The translations under genes and the position numbers were made by a program. The notes beneath the pieces are model-generated. The model was not told the DNA's origin. It worked only from the letters and a program-made list of their open reading frames with translations, and ran no database searches. From Macrostomum lignano (taxonomy: Eukaryota), in contig NIVC01000326.1 in assembly GCA_002269645.1 (NCBI GenBank), positions 496,001 to 560,000 of the forward strand: 64,000 bases of DNA. Reading direction: 5' to 3'. This document shows positions 1-11,759 of the stretch, in pieces (positions within the stretch are counted from its first letter, which is position 1; every line of letters begins with the position of its first letter).

Positions 1-221
1 GAGCGATAACCCTGCCCCGCTCAAACTATGCATTGCTCTTCATTTTGTCAACTAAACCAGTTGGCTTGCTTGACTATAAAATACACTGTCTTGAATAATT
101 TGCGGCAGAGAGAGATTCAGAGATGTGAGCCTCACACTCATAACAGGGCCCTCAGAGGCCAGTGTGTTCGAAAGTCTTTCTGACTTGTGAGCAGAAGATA
201 ACAGGAATAAAAACTGTTATA

Positions 222-1535
222 AAAACTTCCTAGTACAGTACCTGATATTTAACTGCAGGGGTTTACGGGGGATTCCCGCGAGTCTCGCCATAACGCCTCC
301 GCTTTCTCTATAAGAATTAGCATGCAGCAAAGCATTACAGAAAGGCGAAACTTTAGTCCCAGCTTTCCAAAGGATCTCAGCGAGCGATGGAGCACACGCA
401 AGAAGCTGCAGGCACTGCTCCGATGACCCTGGCTAATCAAGTCAACGCCGTGAAAGAGCAAATTGAGAAGCTGCTGAGCAGTGTGATGGACTACCGATCG
501 CAAGAGGGTGTCTGGCCTGGAGACCTCCAGCCCGAACGCTTCGACGCCTGCTGCCGCCTGCTCGAACTTCTGGCCTCGCCGAGCTGCATTGAAGGGCGAT
601 TCGTGAGGAAAATCAACTACCCCCACCTGAGACTGCGCCTGCAGAGTGGAGCCAATGCCCGGCAGAGCTCGCTGGCTTCGCCGGACTTCAGGTGGCCGGA
701 CACTGGGTCTCGACTTCGTCTGCAGCTGCGAGTGGCACCGGCGACAGAGGCTGGTGGTGAAGATGAAGCTGCCTTGGAAGTTGAGCTGCTTCTGTTGCAG
801 GTAAGCCGAGCCGATTAACCCAACTCGCGAGCAGGGGCAAAAGTTACGAGTTCTTGTACATGCAGACAGCGTCCTGCTGTAGTTTCATCTTAAGTCCCTT
901 TAAAATAAAATAATGCGATTGCATGTGAGATGCTTGTACAATCTCTGGAACCACAAGCAAACCACAGTGTACCATGGTGCAGCCATGAAGCATTCATTCA
1001 CCGATCACACAGAGCACCGTCCAGCAGAGGCCCCTAAGAGCCCGCCTGCAAGCCCGCCTGATTGATCTGCGAGATCCATCCTGTGGAGGCCTGACCGGCC
1101 AATCGGAGACGTTCAGCATCGATCAAACCTTGTCGGAGCTCGGCGACCACCATCAGCGAGCCTGCTGTGTCTTGCGCGACTGGCCAGCGAAACTGGGGCA
1201 TCTTCGCAACCGGCTGGATGCAGAGGGCGGCTGGCAGTTTGTGAAGAGCAGCTGCGCCTACCTAGAAGCGATTGTCACCGAGGTCCAGCAGTAACTATTT
1301 TCGATCTAAAGCCGTTTACCTACAGTAATTACTACTGGCTCTGGGTTCTTGGAGTGGCTTTTGGTGTGCCTTATTACTAAACATCGTTTTCTTATTCCGA
1401 GTGATTACCGCTGCAACTTGTGCGGAGTCAGTTGCTAAACTGCTTTAAATAACATCTCTATTGAGTCTCTTACACCAGCCGACTCAAATATGAATTTTTG
1501 AGCTCACGTTCATGTTGAGGCGAAATCTTATGATT
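222..1535. repeat. ~1.3-kb segmental duplication, copy 1 (copy 2 at ~19085-20343)
   Basis: Sequence from AAAACTTCCTAGTACAGTACCTGATATTT to ...GAGGCGAAATCT aligns by eye with 19085-20343, with scattered substitutions and small indels. Confidence 0.9.
387..1294 (+). CDS. MATH/TRAF-domain-only protein, two exons (387-800, ~1028-1294); paralog of 19250-20132
   Basis: Exon 1 has EGRFVRKI and SLASPDF (TRAF-C 'DGxLIWKI' and 'SLFSPPF' equivalents) and ends at a CAG|GTAAGC donor at 800/801. After acceptor ...CCAGCAG| exon 2 reads RPLRARLQARLIDL...WQFVKSSCAYLEAIVTEVQQ*, matching the MATH C-terminal strands. Confidence 0.7.
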
Positions 1536-2270
1536 TTGATGAGACGAGACAGAGGTCCGCACAGTTAAATAAACGCTTTAAATGAATATTTTATTTTAAC
1601 TTTTATAACTTGTAGATTTGTTTTAGGGTAAGAAAAGGCTTGGCCACTGCGCGGCCTTGAGCGCCAATATATATTTAGAAATCGATATTTGCGTGGGGTG
1701 GAGTTGCGCCTGATAAACAAGAAGCGTGCAAGCTGATTGGCTGCAGAGCGCCGGGGGCAGGCATTGTACACTTGAGGGTCAGAGAGTTAAACGGTGTACG
1801 GCCAACATCCTTCCCCAAGCGGATAAAAGTTAGGAGATAAGAGCAAATGGGAAGCTAAGTAAACATTTCGAAGTGGGAATCAGAGTGGAATGGATGTGAG
1901 TGAATAGTATGAAAATATACGGATGTGAGAGCGAATATTCATTAGGGCATAAACACAAATATGAGCATGGATGATAGTTGAAGCATTAGTTACGATCAAA
2001 TGAGCATTGCTTATGAAAATAGACACGAGCATTAGTTTCGAATATAAAAACGAGCATTAGTTTCGAATATAAATACAACCATTAGTTTCGAATATAAATA
2101 CGAGCATCATTTGCGAATATTTGGCCTTTGAAGCAAAAGCTAAAAGCTATGCAGCTGAAGATTAAAAAATAAAACGAGACCGGCAGGGACACCCCTTTAC
2201 CAAAAATGGGGAGCGCGCAGTTTGCTTGTAAAATTTAAAAGATCAGTCAGTTTCTCGCAAGGTCAGTCAA

Positions 2271-4967
2271 TTAGCTCAGTGGTTTAAACTCATTGGTCGG
2301 CTTTACACGCACGTGGGTGAGCCGCAGCGCGACTGACTCGGGTGACTTCGACCTGCCTTCGGTCGGTGGCGGCGTGGGCGGCGGTGGCGGGAAGTCGGCC
2401 GTCGGCAGGCGCTTGAGGTCCGTGATGTGGCGCATGCAGGACTCGTGTGCTCTGCGCAGGATGAGGGAGTCGCCTTTAACCTCCTCGACGACCCACGGCT
2501 CTGGCTCGAAGGGTGTCTGCATTTTGGAGGCAGGGCGCCGCCTGCGCAGCACCGAGTCGCCTGCCATGACGTTGTGGCTGGCGGCTCTTCGGTGCTCATC
2601 TGCATGGCGCGCCATCCGTTGTTTGGCGGCGCTGTCGCGAGCCCTGACCGCGGCCAAAGTGCTGGGCACTCGGCTGCGCTGCCGCATGCTGGGGATGCAG
2701 TCTTGCACCTGTCGCTGGAACATCAGCTCCGCAGGGGTCGCTCCAGTGCTGCTGTGCGGCGTGTTGCGGTAGGCCTCCAGCCAGTCTTCGAGTGCGGCCC
2801 GCCAATCGGATTTCTCGATGCTTGCGATGCGGATGATCTTGTTAATCGAGCGGTTGATGCGTTCGGTGACTCCATTAGCTGCCGGGTGGTACGGAGTGAT
2901 GGAGCGGTGCTGCACGCCGTTGCTGCGGAGGAAGTCGTGGAAGGCTTGCGAGCTGAACGGAGGCCCGTTGTCTGAGACGAGCTGCGCTGGTCTGCCGAAC
3001 GTGGAGAATAGCTTCCGGAGCTGCTTGGTGACCGCCTCGGCTGTCATGGACGACATGCTGATCACTATCGGATAGCGGGAGAAATGGTCAACTATGACGA
3101 GTAGATGCTTGTTTTGCACTGGCCCGGTGAAGTCGATGCCCAGGGTGTGCCAGGCATGCGGTGGCAGTGGTGTGGCTTGCAACGGCGCTGCTGGAACTTC
3201 GGCCTGATGACTCGCAGCTTGACACGGGAGGCAGACGTTGCACATCCGCTGCTCCTGTCCTGCCATACCGGGCCACCAGACCTTCGCCGATAACCTCGCC
3301 TGCGTCTTCTTTGCTCCCTGGTGTCCTTGGTGAGCGAGCCGCAGCACCGTCAGCTGCAGCGCTTCGGGGACGACGATGCGCTGGCCTCTCAGTAGGATTC
3401 CGTCTGCTGCGGAGAGCTCCTGCTTGACTGCGTGCAGCGACCGCAGGGTAGCCTCTCGGAGATCCCACTTGCCGCCTCGGAGTGCTGAGATGGCTGCTTG
3501 GAGGGCTCCGTCTCTCGCTGTTGCATCCTTAAGCTGTTGCAGCGCCAGTCCCTTTGGGGTCGAATCCTCGGCAATGCTGTTGATGTAGTGGTTGTCCCTG
3601 GTTGCTCCGGCGCTGGAGACCGCTGATGCTGGGAAGATTTGCCGGCTTAGGACGTCACTGGGATTGGTCGAGCCTGGCCTGTACATTGTCTCGAACACCA
3701 GGTCCTGGATGCTCAGTGCAATCCTCTCGATTCTTGGTGGCGGATGCGACCCTGGCTTAAATAGGTGCACCAGCGGCTTGTGGTCAGTGACGACCCGGAA
3801 ACCGGACGAACCACTGAGGTAATGGCGGAAGCGCAGGCAACCGAATTTGACGGCGAGGGTTTCTCTTTCCGTCTGAGAATAGCGCGTCCCCACCGCTGAC
3901 AGTGCGCGGCTTGCGTAGGCGATCGGTCGCTGGCTGCTGTTGGCTGAGGATCGCTCCGAGTCCCGTCGGGCTGGCATCCACGATCACTTCTGTGGGTCTG
4001 CGCTTGTCAAAGAATGCCAGTGTGCTGCTCGCGGAGATCGAGTTCTTGATGGCGCTGAAAGCAGTCTCCTCAGCCGCTCCCCAGGACCACGGCGCATCCT
4101 TTCTGGTCAGATCTCGCATGGGCTTGGCAATGTCTGACAGGGCTGGGATAAAGCGACTGACAAAAGCCACAAGGTCGAGAAAGGACATCACTTCGGACGC
4201 GTTTTCGGTGCTCTGAATGCTTTCACAGCGCTCACCTTCTCGTCTGTCGGTTGGATGCCCTTCTCGGAGAGGCGCATAGCGAGAAACTAGGCCTCCTTGA
4301 CGGCGAACTTGCACTTTGCAGGATTTAAGGTGATGTTGTGCTCTTCTAGCCTTTGCAAGGTTGCCACTAGCCGCTGGTTGTGCTCAATGGTGGAGCTTGC
4401 ATAGATGATAATGTCGTCATGTACCCAGCGGACTCCTGGTCATGACTCGTTGTAGAATCTCAGACGCTGACGTAAAGCTCATGCACAGGCGCGTCAGTCT
4501 CATGAGACCCTTCGGCGTCGAAAATGTCAGCAGTCTTCTCGAACGCGGATCTGGTGGAACGCCTTGTTGATGTCCAACTCGGTGAAGTAGCGCGCACCGG
4601 CCATTTCATCAGTGACCTCTTCAAAAGTTGGTATGGGCTGTTTCTCAGGCACTACGAACTTGTTCACATCTCGCAGATCTTGGGTAATGCGCACTTGGCC
4701 AGGCTGCGACTTCGGGACAAAAACTATTCGTGCCACCCATTCGGACGGTCCGGTCACTTTCTCGATTATTCCAGCCTGCAGTTGATCGTCGAGCTCGCGC
4801 TGCGCAGCCTCCCGCAGATGCACGGGGATGCGACTTGGCGGATGGCAGACCGGCACGGCTCCGTCTTGCAGGTGGATGCCGACTTCAACGTCCTTGACGT
4901 ACCCAATACCCACAAATCGCTGCCTGAAGGTCTTGATAATGTTGCTGAGGCGCTCGTGCTGTGGCAT
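2271..4967 (-). pseudogene. Gypsy Pol (RT-RNase H-integrase) split into several frames
   Basis: RT start 4527-4967 (PSEWVARIVFVPK, FTELDINKAFHQI); VRWVHDD in a shifted frame near 4430; RNase H VDASPTGLGAILSQ and TDHKPL; integrase HQGHQG...C..C, GIDFTG, SDNGPPF, NGVTER. There are stops and frameshifts between the pieces. Confidence 0.88.
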
Positions 4968-4999
4968 TGCCTGATCGTCTGCCTCCGTCGCTGCGGCCG

Positions 5000-6205
5000 C
5001 TAATGCAGCGCTGAGTGGCTCATGGAACTCACCAGAGTCTGACAGACGCTGGGATTGCTTGGTCCGATGCGTAGGATTCCCAGCTCCTCGCTGGTTTCGC
5101 GGCCCACGATCGTCGTGCCCGTCTCCTTGACGATGATGTAGCTAATGCTGGCACTGACGTCATAAACGGCGGTCCGGAGGGTCGCTTTGCCAAGAGTGGT
5201 GAGGGGTTCACTGGAGCCAAACGGAAAGACCCGCTGCTTTGACTCACGAAGGTCGTCTGCCGTGCCTCCGATGGCCTGGAATGTTTTTGAGTCCATTAGA
5301 TTGCAGCTGGCGCCGCTGTCGATTAGCAGGTCTGTGGCGTGGCCGTTGATGTCTGCTTTAACGAGCGCCAGTCGCTTACGCTGTGGCGTCAGGCAGAACA
5401 CCTCGCAGCTGCTGTCACTGTCTCGCTTTTGCTGATCACTCGGCTGCTCCTCGGCAATGGCATGCACCTTTCTGGGGCTCGCGGGTTTGGACAAGCACGC
5501 TTTTGCCAGGTGGCCGACCTTGTTGCAGTTCCGACACGTCTTTCCTCTTGCCGCCTCGCACGTTCGGTGGCCCGACTCTCCACAGCGGATGCACTTTGTT
5601 CTGGTTCGCTCTGGTCGGTCTGGCTTCTCGATACGCCGCATTACGTTCACAGACTCGCTCTTCCGCGCTTCGATGACTGCAGATTGAAGGTCGGCCGCCT
5701 CGAATGCCCTGGCTTGCTGCAGCGCTTCTTTGAGCTGGATATTGGGTGTCTGCAGCAACCTGCGCCGGAGCTGGTCTGCCTGGCAGCCGGCGACAATTTG
5801 GTCTCGGATGATGAGATCCCACTGAGTCTCGAATTCACATCCTTCTGCAGCCTTGAACAGCCGTTGCACCCAGGCCTTGATGGCTTCGCCGGGCTGCTGC
5901 GTGCAGTGCCGGAATTCATATCGCACGAATACCGGGTTGTGCCTGCTCTTGAAGTACTCTTTGAGGGCGTCCAGGAGCTCTTCGAGGGTCTTGCCTGGCC
6001 TCGTGAGTTCTGCGTACGCTTCAGCCACCTGTTTGCCGCCGACGTAAAGTAGAATCTCTCGTTGTTGACTTGCATCTGTTATGCCGCTTGCAGTCACAAA
6101 GCACTTGAATCGGTTGGCGTATTCTGCCCACCGTGCTGAGAGGTTGTGTGGCTCTTTCTGAGTATCGAAAGGCTCAGGCGGGGGCAGTTGTAGAGGCACA
6201 GACAT
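5000..6205 (-). CDS. Gypsy Gag + aspartic protease
   Basis: Likely ATG at 6205 (MSVPLQLPPPEPFD). Two Cys/His knuckles (CIRCGESGHRTC, CRNCNKVGHLAKAC) and protease motif LLIDSGAS. Confidence 0.88.
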   Translation of the reverse strand: MSVPLQLPPPEPFDTQKEPHNLSARWAEYANRFKCFVTASGITDASQQREILLYVGGKQVAEAYAELTRPGKTLEELLDALKEYFKSRHNPVFVRYEFRHCTQQPGEAIKAWVQRLFKAAEGCEFETQWDLIIRDQIVAGCQADQLRRRLLQTPNIQLKEALQQARAFEAADLQSAVIEARKSESVNVMRRIEKPDRPERTRTKCIRCGESGHRTCEAARGKTCRNCNKVGHLAKACLSKPASPRKVHAIAEEQPSDQQKRDSDSSCEVFCLTPQRKRLALVKADINGHATDLLIDSGASCNLMDSKTFQAIGGTADDLRESKQRVFPFGSSEPLTTLGKATLRTAVYDVSASISYIIVKETGTTIVGRETSEELGILRIGPSNPSVCQTLVSSMSHSALH

Positions 6206-6422
6206 TCTTGCTAGCGATGCCAATGTAGATTTGTTTTGGGGTATGAAAAGGCTTGGCCACTGCGCGGCCTTGAGCGCCAATATATATATTTAGAAATCGA
6301 TATTTGCGTGGGGTGGAGTTGCGCCTGATAAACAAGAAGCGTGCAAGCTGATTGGCTGCAGAGCGCCGGGGGCAGGCATTGTACACTTGAGGGTCAGAGA
6401 GTTAAACGGTGTACGGCCAACA

Positions 6423-8883
6423 GGTAGTAGCGGCAACTAAAGTTAATGAGCTCAGACTGCGAGGCAAACATGCGGGAGGCGGCATCAGCAAAAATCTGCA
6501 TGCGACCAGGAAGGTGAAAGGCCTCCAAACTGATGCTGTTCCTGATGCACAGCAGAGCCACAGTCTGGTACACCTGCAGGAACCGCGGGTCACGACAGCT
6601 CAGCCAATTGATCATGCCAGCCGCAGCGGTGCTGTCGGTGTAGATGACAATCTTGCAGTTCTTTAGCTGAGAGCGACGGTGCATGATGATCAGCAAAGGT
6701 GCCAGAGCCTCCTTGAAGTTGATATGAACATCCTTGAACACACCACCGCAGTCCAGCTCCCAGTCGATGACACTCCAGAAACTCTCGGCACCCCAGATGA
6801 CTGCGGCTGCGCCCGACCGGCTGCTGTCAGTTTCCATGGCAAATTCCTCATCAAAGCGCGGCCACAAAGCCACCGGGGGGAGCCAAGCCAGGGCTCTGAG
6901 CCACCAGGACACGTTGGCGCGGGTCTCATCGGTCACCCAAAGCTTGCAGTCAACAGCAGTTGTCAGCCAGTCGAAGAGCGGACGTAGGAAGACTCTGACA
7001 TGAGGGACAATCTGACAGAACCAGCCAAGCTTGCCAATCAGCTTCTGAGCAGAGCGCATGTGCACCCGAGTCTCCGAGCAGGTTTGAGTCAGCAGCTTTG
7101 TCGTCTTGAGAGCTTTCTCCTCGGGCAGCGACTTGGTGCCGGTAGCGGTATTGATGCGCACGCCAAGGAAGTCGATGCATTGCGTAGGTCTGACAACCTT
7201 GTCCCAGTTGATGGCAAAGCCGAGGCGCTGCAAGATGTCCAGCAGGCAATTGAAAGCAGCGAAAGCCTCGAACTCGGATTTCCCAGCGACTGCCCAGTCA
7301 TCCAGGTAGTTCACCGTGGCAGAAAAACCAAGCCGGTGCATGTGCCGGGTAACGGCGGCTGAAAGACGGTGAAAAACTTCGCAAGCAGCTTTGGCGCCGA
7401 AGGGAGGCCTGGTGTCGCAGAGCAGACTGTCCTGGCTGTCTGAGTCAAACCGCCAGGCGAGGCCGACGAGCCGGTAGTCAGCAGGCCTGATTGGCACGGA
7501 CCTGTAGGCGCTTTTGAGATCAATTTTGGCCATGTAGTGTCCCGGACGGAGATGACGAACCAGCTGCTGGACAGTGCAGTACTTGATGTGCTTCTGTTGG
7601 TCGTAGAAGTCGTTGACAGACTGGCCGGTCGGATAGGACAGGTCATGGATCAGGCGGACCCGCCCGTTGGACTTGGGAAGGGCACCGATGGGGTTGATTT
7701 TGATCGGGCCGCTCCACCGGATGTACCTCCCAAGGCGCAGCTCCTTCTCGACCTGGGCTTCCACAGCAGAGCGGTGCAGCAGGGCGGAGGCGTGGTTCTT
7801 GGACGAAGTCAAAGGTGGCTGGCCAGCATTGGTGAGAGCGAAACCGTTGACGACGCCTTGCATCAGAAAGTCGCGGTCTGGGTCGTCGCTGAGCAGAGAA
7901 CTCCAGGCGTCAGGCTGCAGGTCAGACGAGATGGGCAGCGAAGAATTAAAAGCAGAAAAATCGGAATTAAAAGCAGAGCAGTCAGCTGGATAAAATGGCA
8001 TCAGTTTTTTGCATTCGCACCGGTGCTTGTGGTACAACTGAGGGGGCTCCTCACCCCACGCCATACTCGTCTCCGCCACCAACCTCCAGTAGTCCTCGTC
8101 AAACTCCCAGATTACGGACTCCGGGTAGTCAGCAGCCAGCAGCTCTCCAATCTTGCGATTGTAGTCAAGGTAGCCAAGGACGTCAGTCAGGAAACCATCA
8201 GTGCTTCCAGCAGCCGCCGGGAGTTTTTCCTTGATCAGCTTTTGCAAGATGATCGAGTTGGCCGCGATCCACTGACCAGCAGAGATACTAGACAGCTTCG
8301 GCCCCTGCTTTCTGAATGTGAGCGAGCCATTCTCCATAGTGGCGATCAACTGCTCCTGACTGGCTGAGCCGGGTCCTCTGGCTAGCTTGATATGGTCTCT
8401 GACCAGATGCAACTTGCGAGTCGGAGCCTGGCAATTAGCGGCCTGAAGCTGAGCCGCCTCCCTCATCCCAAATTCAAAAACCTCGGGCAACTGCAGACTG
8501 GCATGTGCGTTATGCTCACCTGATGATGATGCTGGCTGGGGCTGAGCCGTCAAGCGCTGCTGAGTGTGAAGCTGTTGCTGAAGATCACGACGACGGCCTT
8601 CCAGGACTTGCAGTTCGAGCAGCTCCACCTCCTGTCGCAGCGCAGCCAGCCGGTCACTCCACGCCCCCAGAAGCGCCTCGCCCGCGCTGCCGAAGCCGTC
8701 CTCGGCGTCCGGAGCAGAAGAAGTCATCTCGGAGTTGTTGAAGTCTTCGTCAGCTTGCTCTAAACCGAGTGCAGTAGACAAGCGCTTGGCAAGCTGTTGT
8801 TTGCGGCCCGTAGTAGGCAGGCCTCCGTTTCGCAGCTCAGCCTTGAGTTGGCGCACGTTTAGTCGCTTTGGGCTGGCACTCAT
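6423..8883 (-). mobile_element. DIRS/Ngaro-type (tyrosine-recombinase class) retroelement: SAP-like + Gag + RT + RNase H in one ORF, truncated at the Gypsy LTR
   Basis: ORF 6394-8940, likely ATG 8883. RT motifs MAKIDLKSAYRSVP, PPFG, NYLDDW. RNase H motifs TDSS, HINFKEALA, YTDS, HLPGRMQIFADAASR. Gag-type YLDYNRKI...WEFDEDY...WG. No protease or DDE integrase. The last codons are contributed by the LTR. Confidence 0.85.
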
Positions 8884-9055
8884 GGCGGTGGCTGAGCAAA
8901 AAAAAGAGAAATGGCGGCCCCCAACTTGCGAAACACACAAAACTCAACTCAAGCCACTCTATTTCAACAACTCTAGTCTGACTGTCGCTTCAAAATTGAT
9001 TGGTCATCACACCAGTCAGGTTATTAACTATTTCATTATTTTCCATCACATGAGC

Positions 9056-10914
9056 CAGGGGTCGGAAACTCCGGCCCGCAAAGCCTCTTCATCCGACCCT
9101 CGCGGTCCTTTGAAACTGCTTGCACAATAGCAATCCGGCCCGCTCGATGTTTGTCTCTTCTCAGCGCTCTTCTCTCTTCTCTCCCCTCTTCTTCTCTCCT
9201 CTCTCCTCTCCTCTCTCCTCCTTGCTCCTTTATTCCCTCGCCTCTCCCTTCTCCTATCTGCCTTCTTTCATTTTTATTCCCTCTCATCTCCTCTTTCCTC
9301 CGGACCGCAGTCATGCTCAAGGTTCTCTATCTGGCCCTTGGGGTAGAAAAGTTTGCCGACCCCTGCTCAAGGTTCTCTATCTGGCCCTTGTGGTAAAACA
9401 GTTTGCCGACCCCTGCTCAAGGTTCTCTATCTGGCCCTTGGGGTAAAACAGTTTGCCGACCCCTGCTCAAGGTTCTCTATCTGGCCCTTGGGGTAAAAAA
9501 GTTTGCCGACCCCTGCTCAAGGTTCTCTATCTGGCCCTTGGGGTAGAAAAGTTTGCCGACCCCTGCTCAAGGTTCTTTATCTGGCCCTTGGGGTAAAACA
9601 GTTTGCCGACCCCTGCTCAAGGTTCTCTATCTGGCCCTTGGGGTAAAAAAGTTTGCCGACCCCTGCTCAAGGTTCTTTATCTGGCCCTTGGGGTAAAACA
9701 GTTTGCCGACCCCTGCTCAAGGTTCTTTATCTGGCCCTTGGGTAAAACAGTTTGCCGACCCCTGCTCAAGGTTCTTTATCTGGCCCTTGGGGTAAAACAG
9801 TTTGCCGACCCCTGATCAAGGTTCTCTATCTGGCCCTTGGGGTAAAACAGTTTGCCGACCCCTGCTCAAGGTTCTCTATCTGGCCCTTGGGGTAAAACAG
9901 TTTGCCGACCCCTGCTCAAGGTTCTCTATCTGGCCCTTGGGGTAAAACAGTTTGCCGACCCCTGCTCAAGGTTCTTTATCTGGCCCTTGGGGTAAAACAG
10001 TTTGCCGACCCCTGATCAAGGTTCTCTATCTGGCCCTTGGGGTAAAACAGTTTGCCGACCCCTGCTCAAGGTTCTCTATCTGGCCCTTGGGGTAAAACAG
10101 TTTGCCGACCCCTGCTCAAGGTTCTTTATCTGGCCCTTGGGGTAAAACAGTTTGCCGACCCCTGCTCAAGGTTCTTTATCTGGCCCTTGGGGTAAAACAG
10201 TTTGCCGACCCCTGCTCAAGGTTCTCTATCTGGCCCTTGGGGTAAAACAGTTTGCCGACCCCTGCTCAAGGTTCTCTATCTGGCCCTTGGGGTAAAACAG
10301 TTTGCCGACCCCTGCTCAAGGTTCTTTATCTGGCCCTTGGGGTAAAACAGTTTGCCGACCCCTGATCAAGGTTCTCTATCTGGCCCTTGGGGTAAAACAG
10401 TTTGCCGACCCCTGCTCAAGGTTCTCTATCTGGCCCTTGGGGTAGAAAAGTTTGCCGACCCCTGCTCAAGGTTCTCTATCTGGCCCTTGGGGTAAAACAG
10501 TTTGCCGACCCCTGCTCAAGGTTCTTTATCTGGCCCTTGGGGTAAAACAGTTTGCCGACCCCTGCTCAAGGTTCTCTATCTGGCCCTTGGGGTAAAACAG
10601 TTTGCCGACCCCTGCTCAAGGTTCTCTATCTGGCCCTTGGGGTAAAACAGTTTGCCGACCCCTGCTCAAGGTTCTTTATCTGGCCCTTGGGGTAAAACAG
10701 TTTGCCGACCCCTGATCAAGGTTCTCTATCTGGCCCTTGGGGTAAAACAGTTTGCCGACCCCTGCTCAAGGTTCTCTATCTGGCCCTTGGGGTAAAACAG
10801 TTTGCCGACCCCTGCTCAAGGTTCTTTATCTGGCCCTTGGGGTAAAACAGTTTGCCGACCCCTGCTCAAGGTTCTCTATCTGGCCCTTGGGGTAAAACAG
10901 TTTGCCGACCCCTT
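9056..10914. mobile_element. hAT-type MITE whose terminal 50 bp are tandemly amplified
   Basis: Left TIR CAGGGGTCGG-AAACT at 9056. Right TIR AGTTTGCCGACCCCTG occurs in every array unit. The flanking 8-mers ACATGAGC (9048-9055) and GCATAAGC (10915-10922) match at 6/8, consistent with a decayed TSD. Confidence 0.72.
9316..10914. repeat. 50-bp tandem array, ~32 copies
   Basis: Unit CTCAAGGTTCTCTATCTGGCCCTTGGGGTAAAACAGTTTGCCGACCCCTG; period 50 is visible directly and there are no spacers. Confidence 0.97.
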
Positions 10915-11759
10915 GCATAAGCGAAATGAGCAAGCGTGAAAAAACAGGGCCCGTTGGTTGCCGCAGGATCCCCCGGTAAACAAGGTGCAAGAAAATCCTG
11001 CTCTTTGCGACCCTCGGCATCGTGACAATCGAAATAACAGGAAAAAGGACGATCGGAAAAGTGTAGGTGCTAGGTTTTTTGTTAGCTCGCGCCCGTTATA
11101 TCAATAAGAGCGCAGGCCTTTGTACTCTGATACAGACTGTTCACTGGTGTTGAATTCAAAGCAAAAAATGGTTTTCTCAAACCTGCTGAAAATGTACGAA
11201 TCTGGGCTCAGCTGGAGAATGTGCGCACAGTGTTGCTCGCGCAACAAATTGTAAAACTTGCGTCACCCTCCTCTAAACCCCAGCCCAGTCATTCTCCTCA
11301 GTATCAGTCAGTTGATTGCAGTGTGAACGCTTGCGATCACTCGTAAAAGTCAGTTGATGGCGTGAAAAAACTGACGCGATTTTTCAGTCAGTTCCAACAC
11401 CCCCACACCTCAACCCCCGCCAGTGTACAGAAGCATGTACAGCGGCACCGCCCGGCGCGTCTAACGAGAGTAAGTCAGAGAGTAACGATTGCATTATCGT
11501 AAAGAATTTTGTCAAGCAGTTCCAAATATTGTAAGCTTTAATTAGTCACCAAAGTGGAGTTCAGATTGCAACCAATGAAATTTTATCTACTCTTTGATTT
11601 GTTGATGACTGACTTCGTCCCCCACTTTTGAGCACATGCATCTTTTCCTTGCATATTTTTATCTATTTCACGAATTCCTATTTCGAATCATTTAGCCGAT
11701 TTCAATTCTTCAATTAAACTCAAATGGATAAAACATTTATCGAAACATTGTTATAATGA

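Larger units (their letters stand above)
1611..6422 (-). mobile_element. Ty3/Gypsy LTR retrotransposon (Mag-like), defective, no TSD
   Basis: LTRs 1611-1807 and 6224-6422 (TG...CA; differ by 2 substitutions and a 2-bp indel). PBS-like TGGCATCGCTAGC lies just inside the 5' LTR (~6208-6222, minus) and PPT GGGGAAGGA at 1808-1816 (minus). Order is gag-PR-RT-RH-IN. Confidence 0.93.

Noticed and set aside
249-626. Minus-strand ORFs 249-626, 18684-19199 and 19217-19855
   Set aside because: Antisense to the MATH-only exons; the plus frame carries the TRAF-like motifs and splice sites.
1565-1771. Duplicated small ORF MYNACPRRSAAN (also 6174-6386)
   Set aside because: Chance ORF within the two LTR copies.
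2293-8367. Numerous plus-strand ORFs over the Gypsy and Ngaro elements
   Set aside because: Antisense shadows of GC-rich retroelement coding sequence with no motifs of their own.
9316-10914. Regular repeat array as CRISPR
   Set aside because: Units are contiguous with no unique spacers, there are no cas genes, and the context is eukaryotic.
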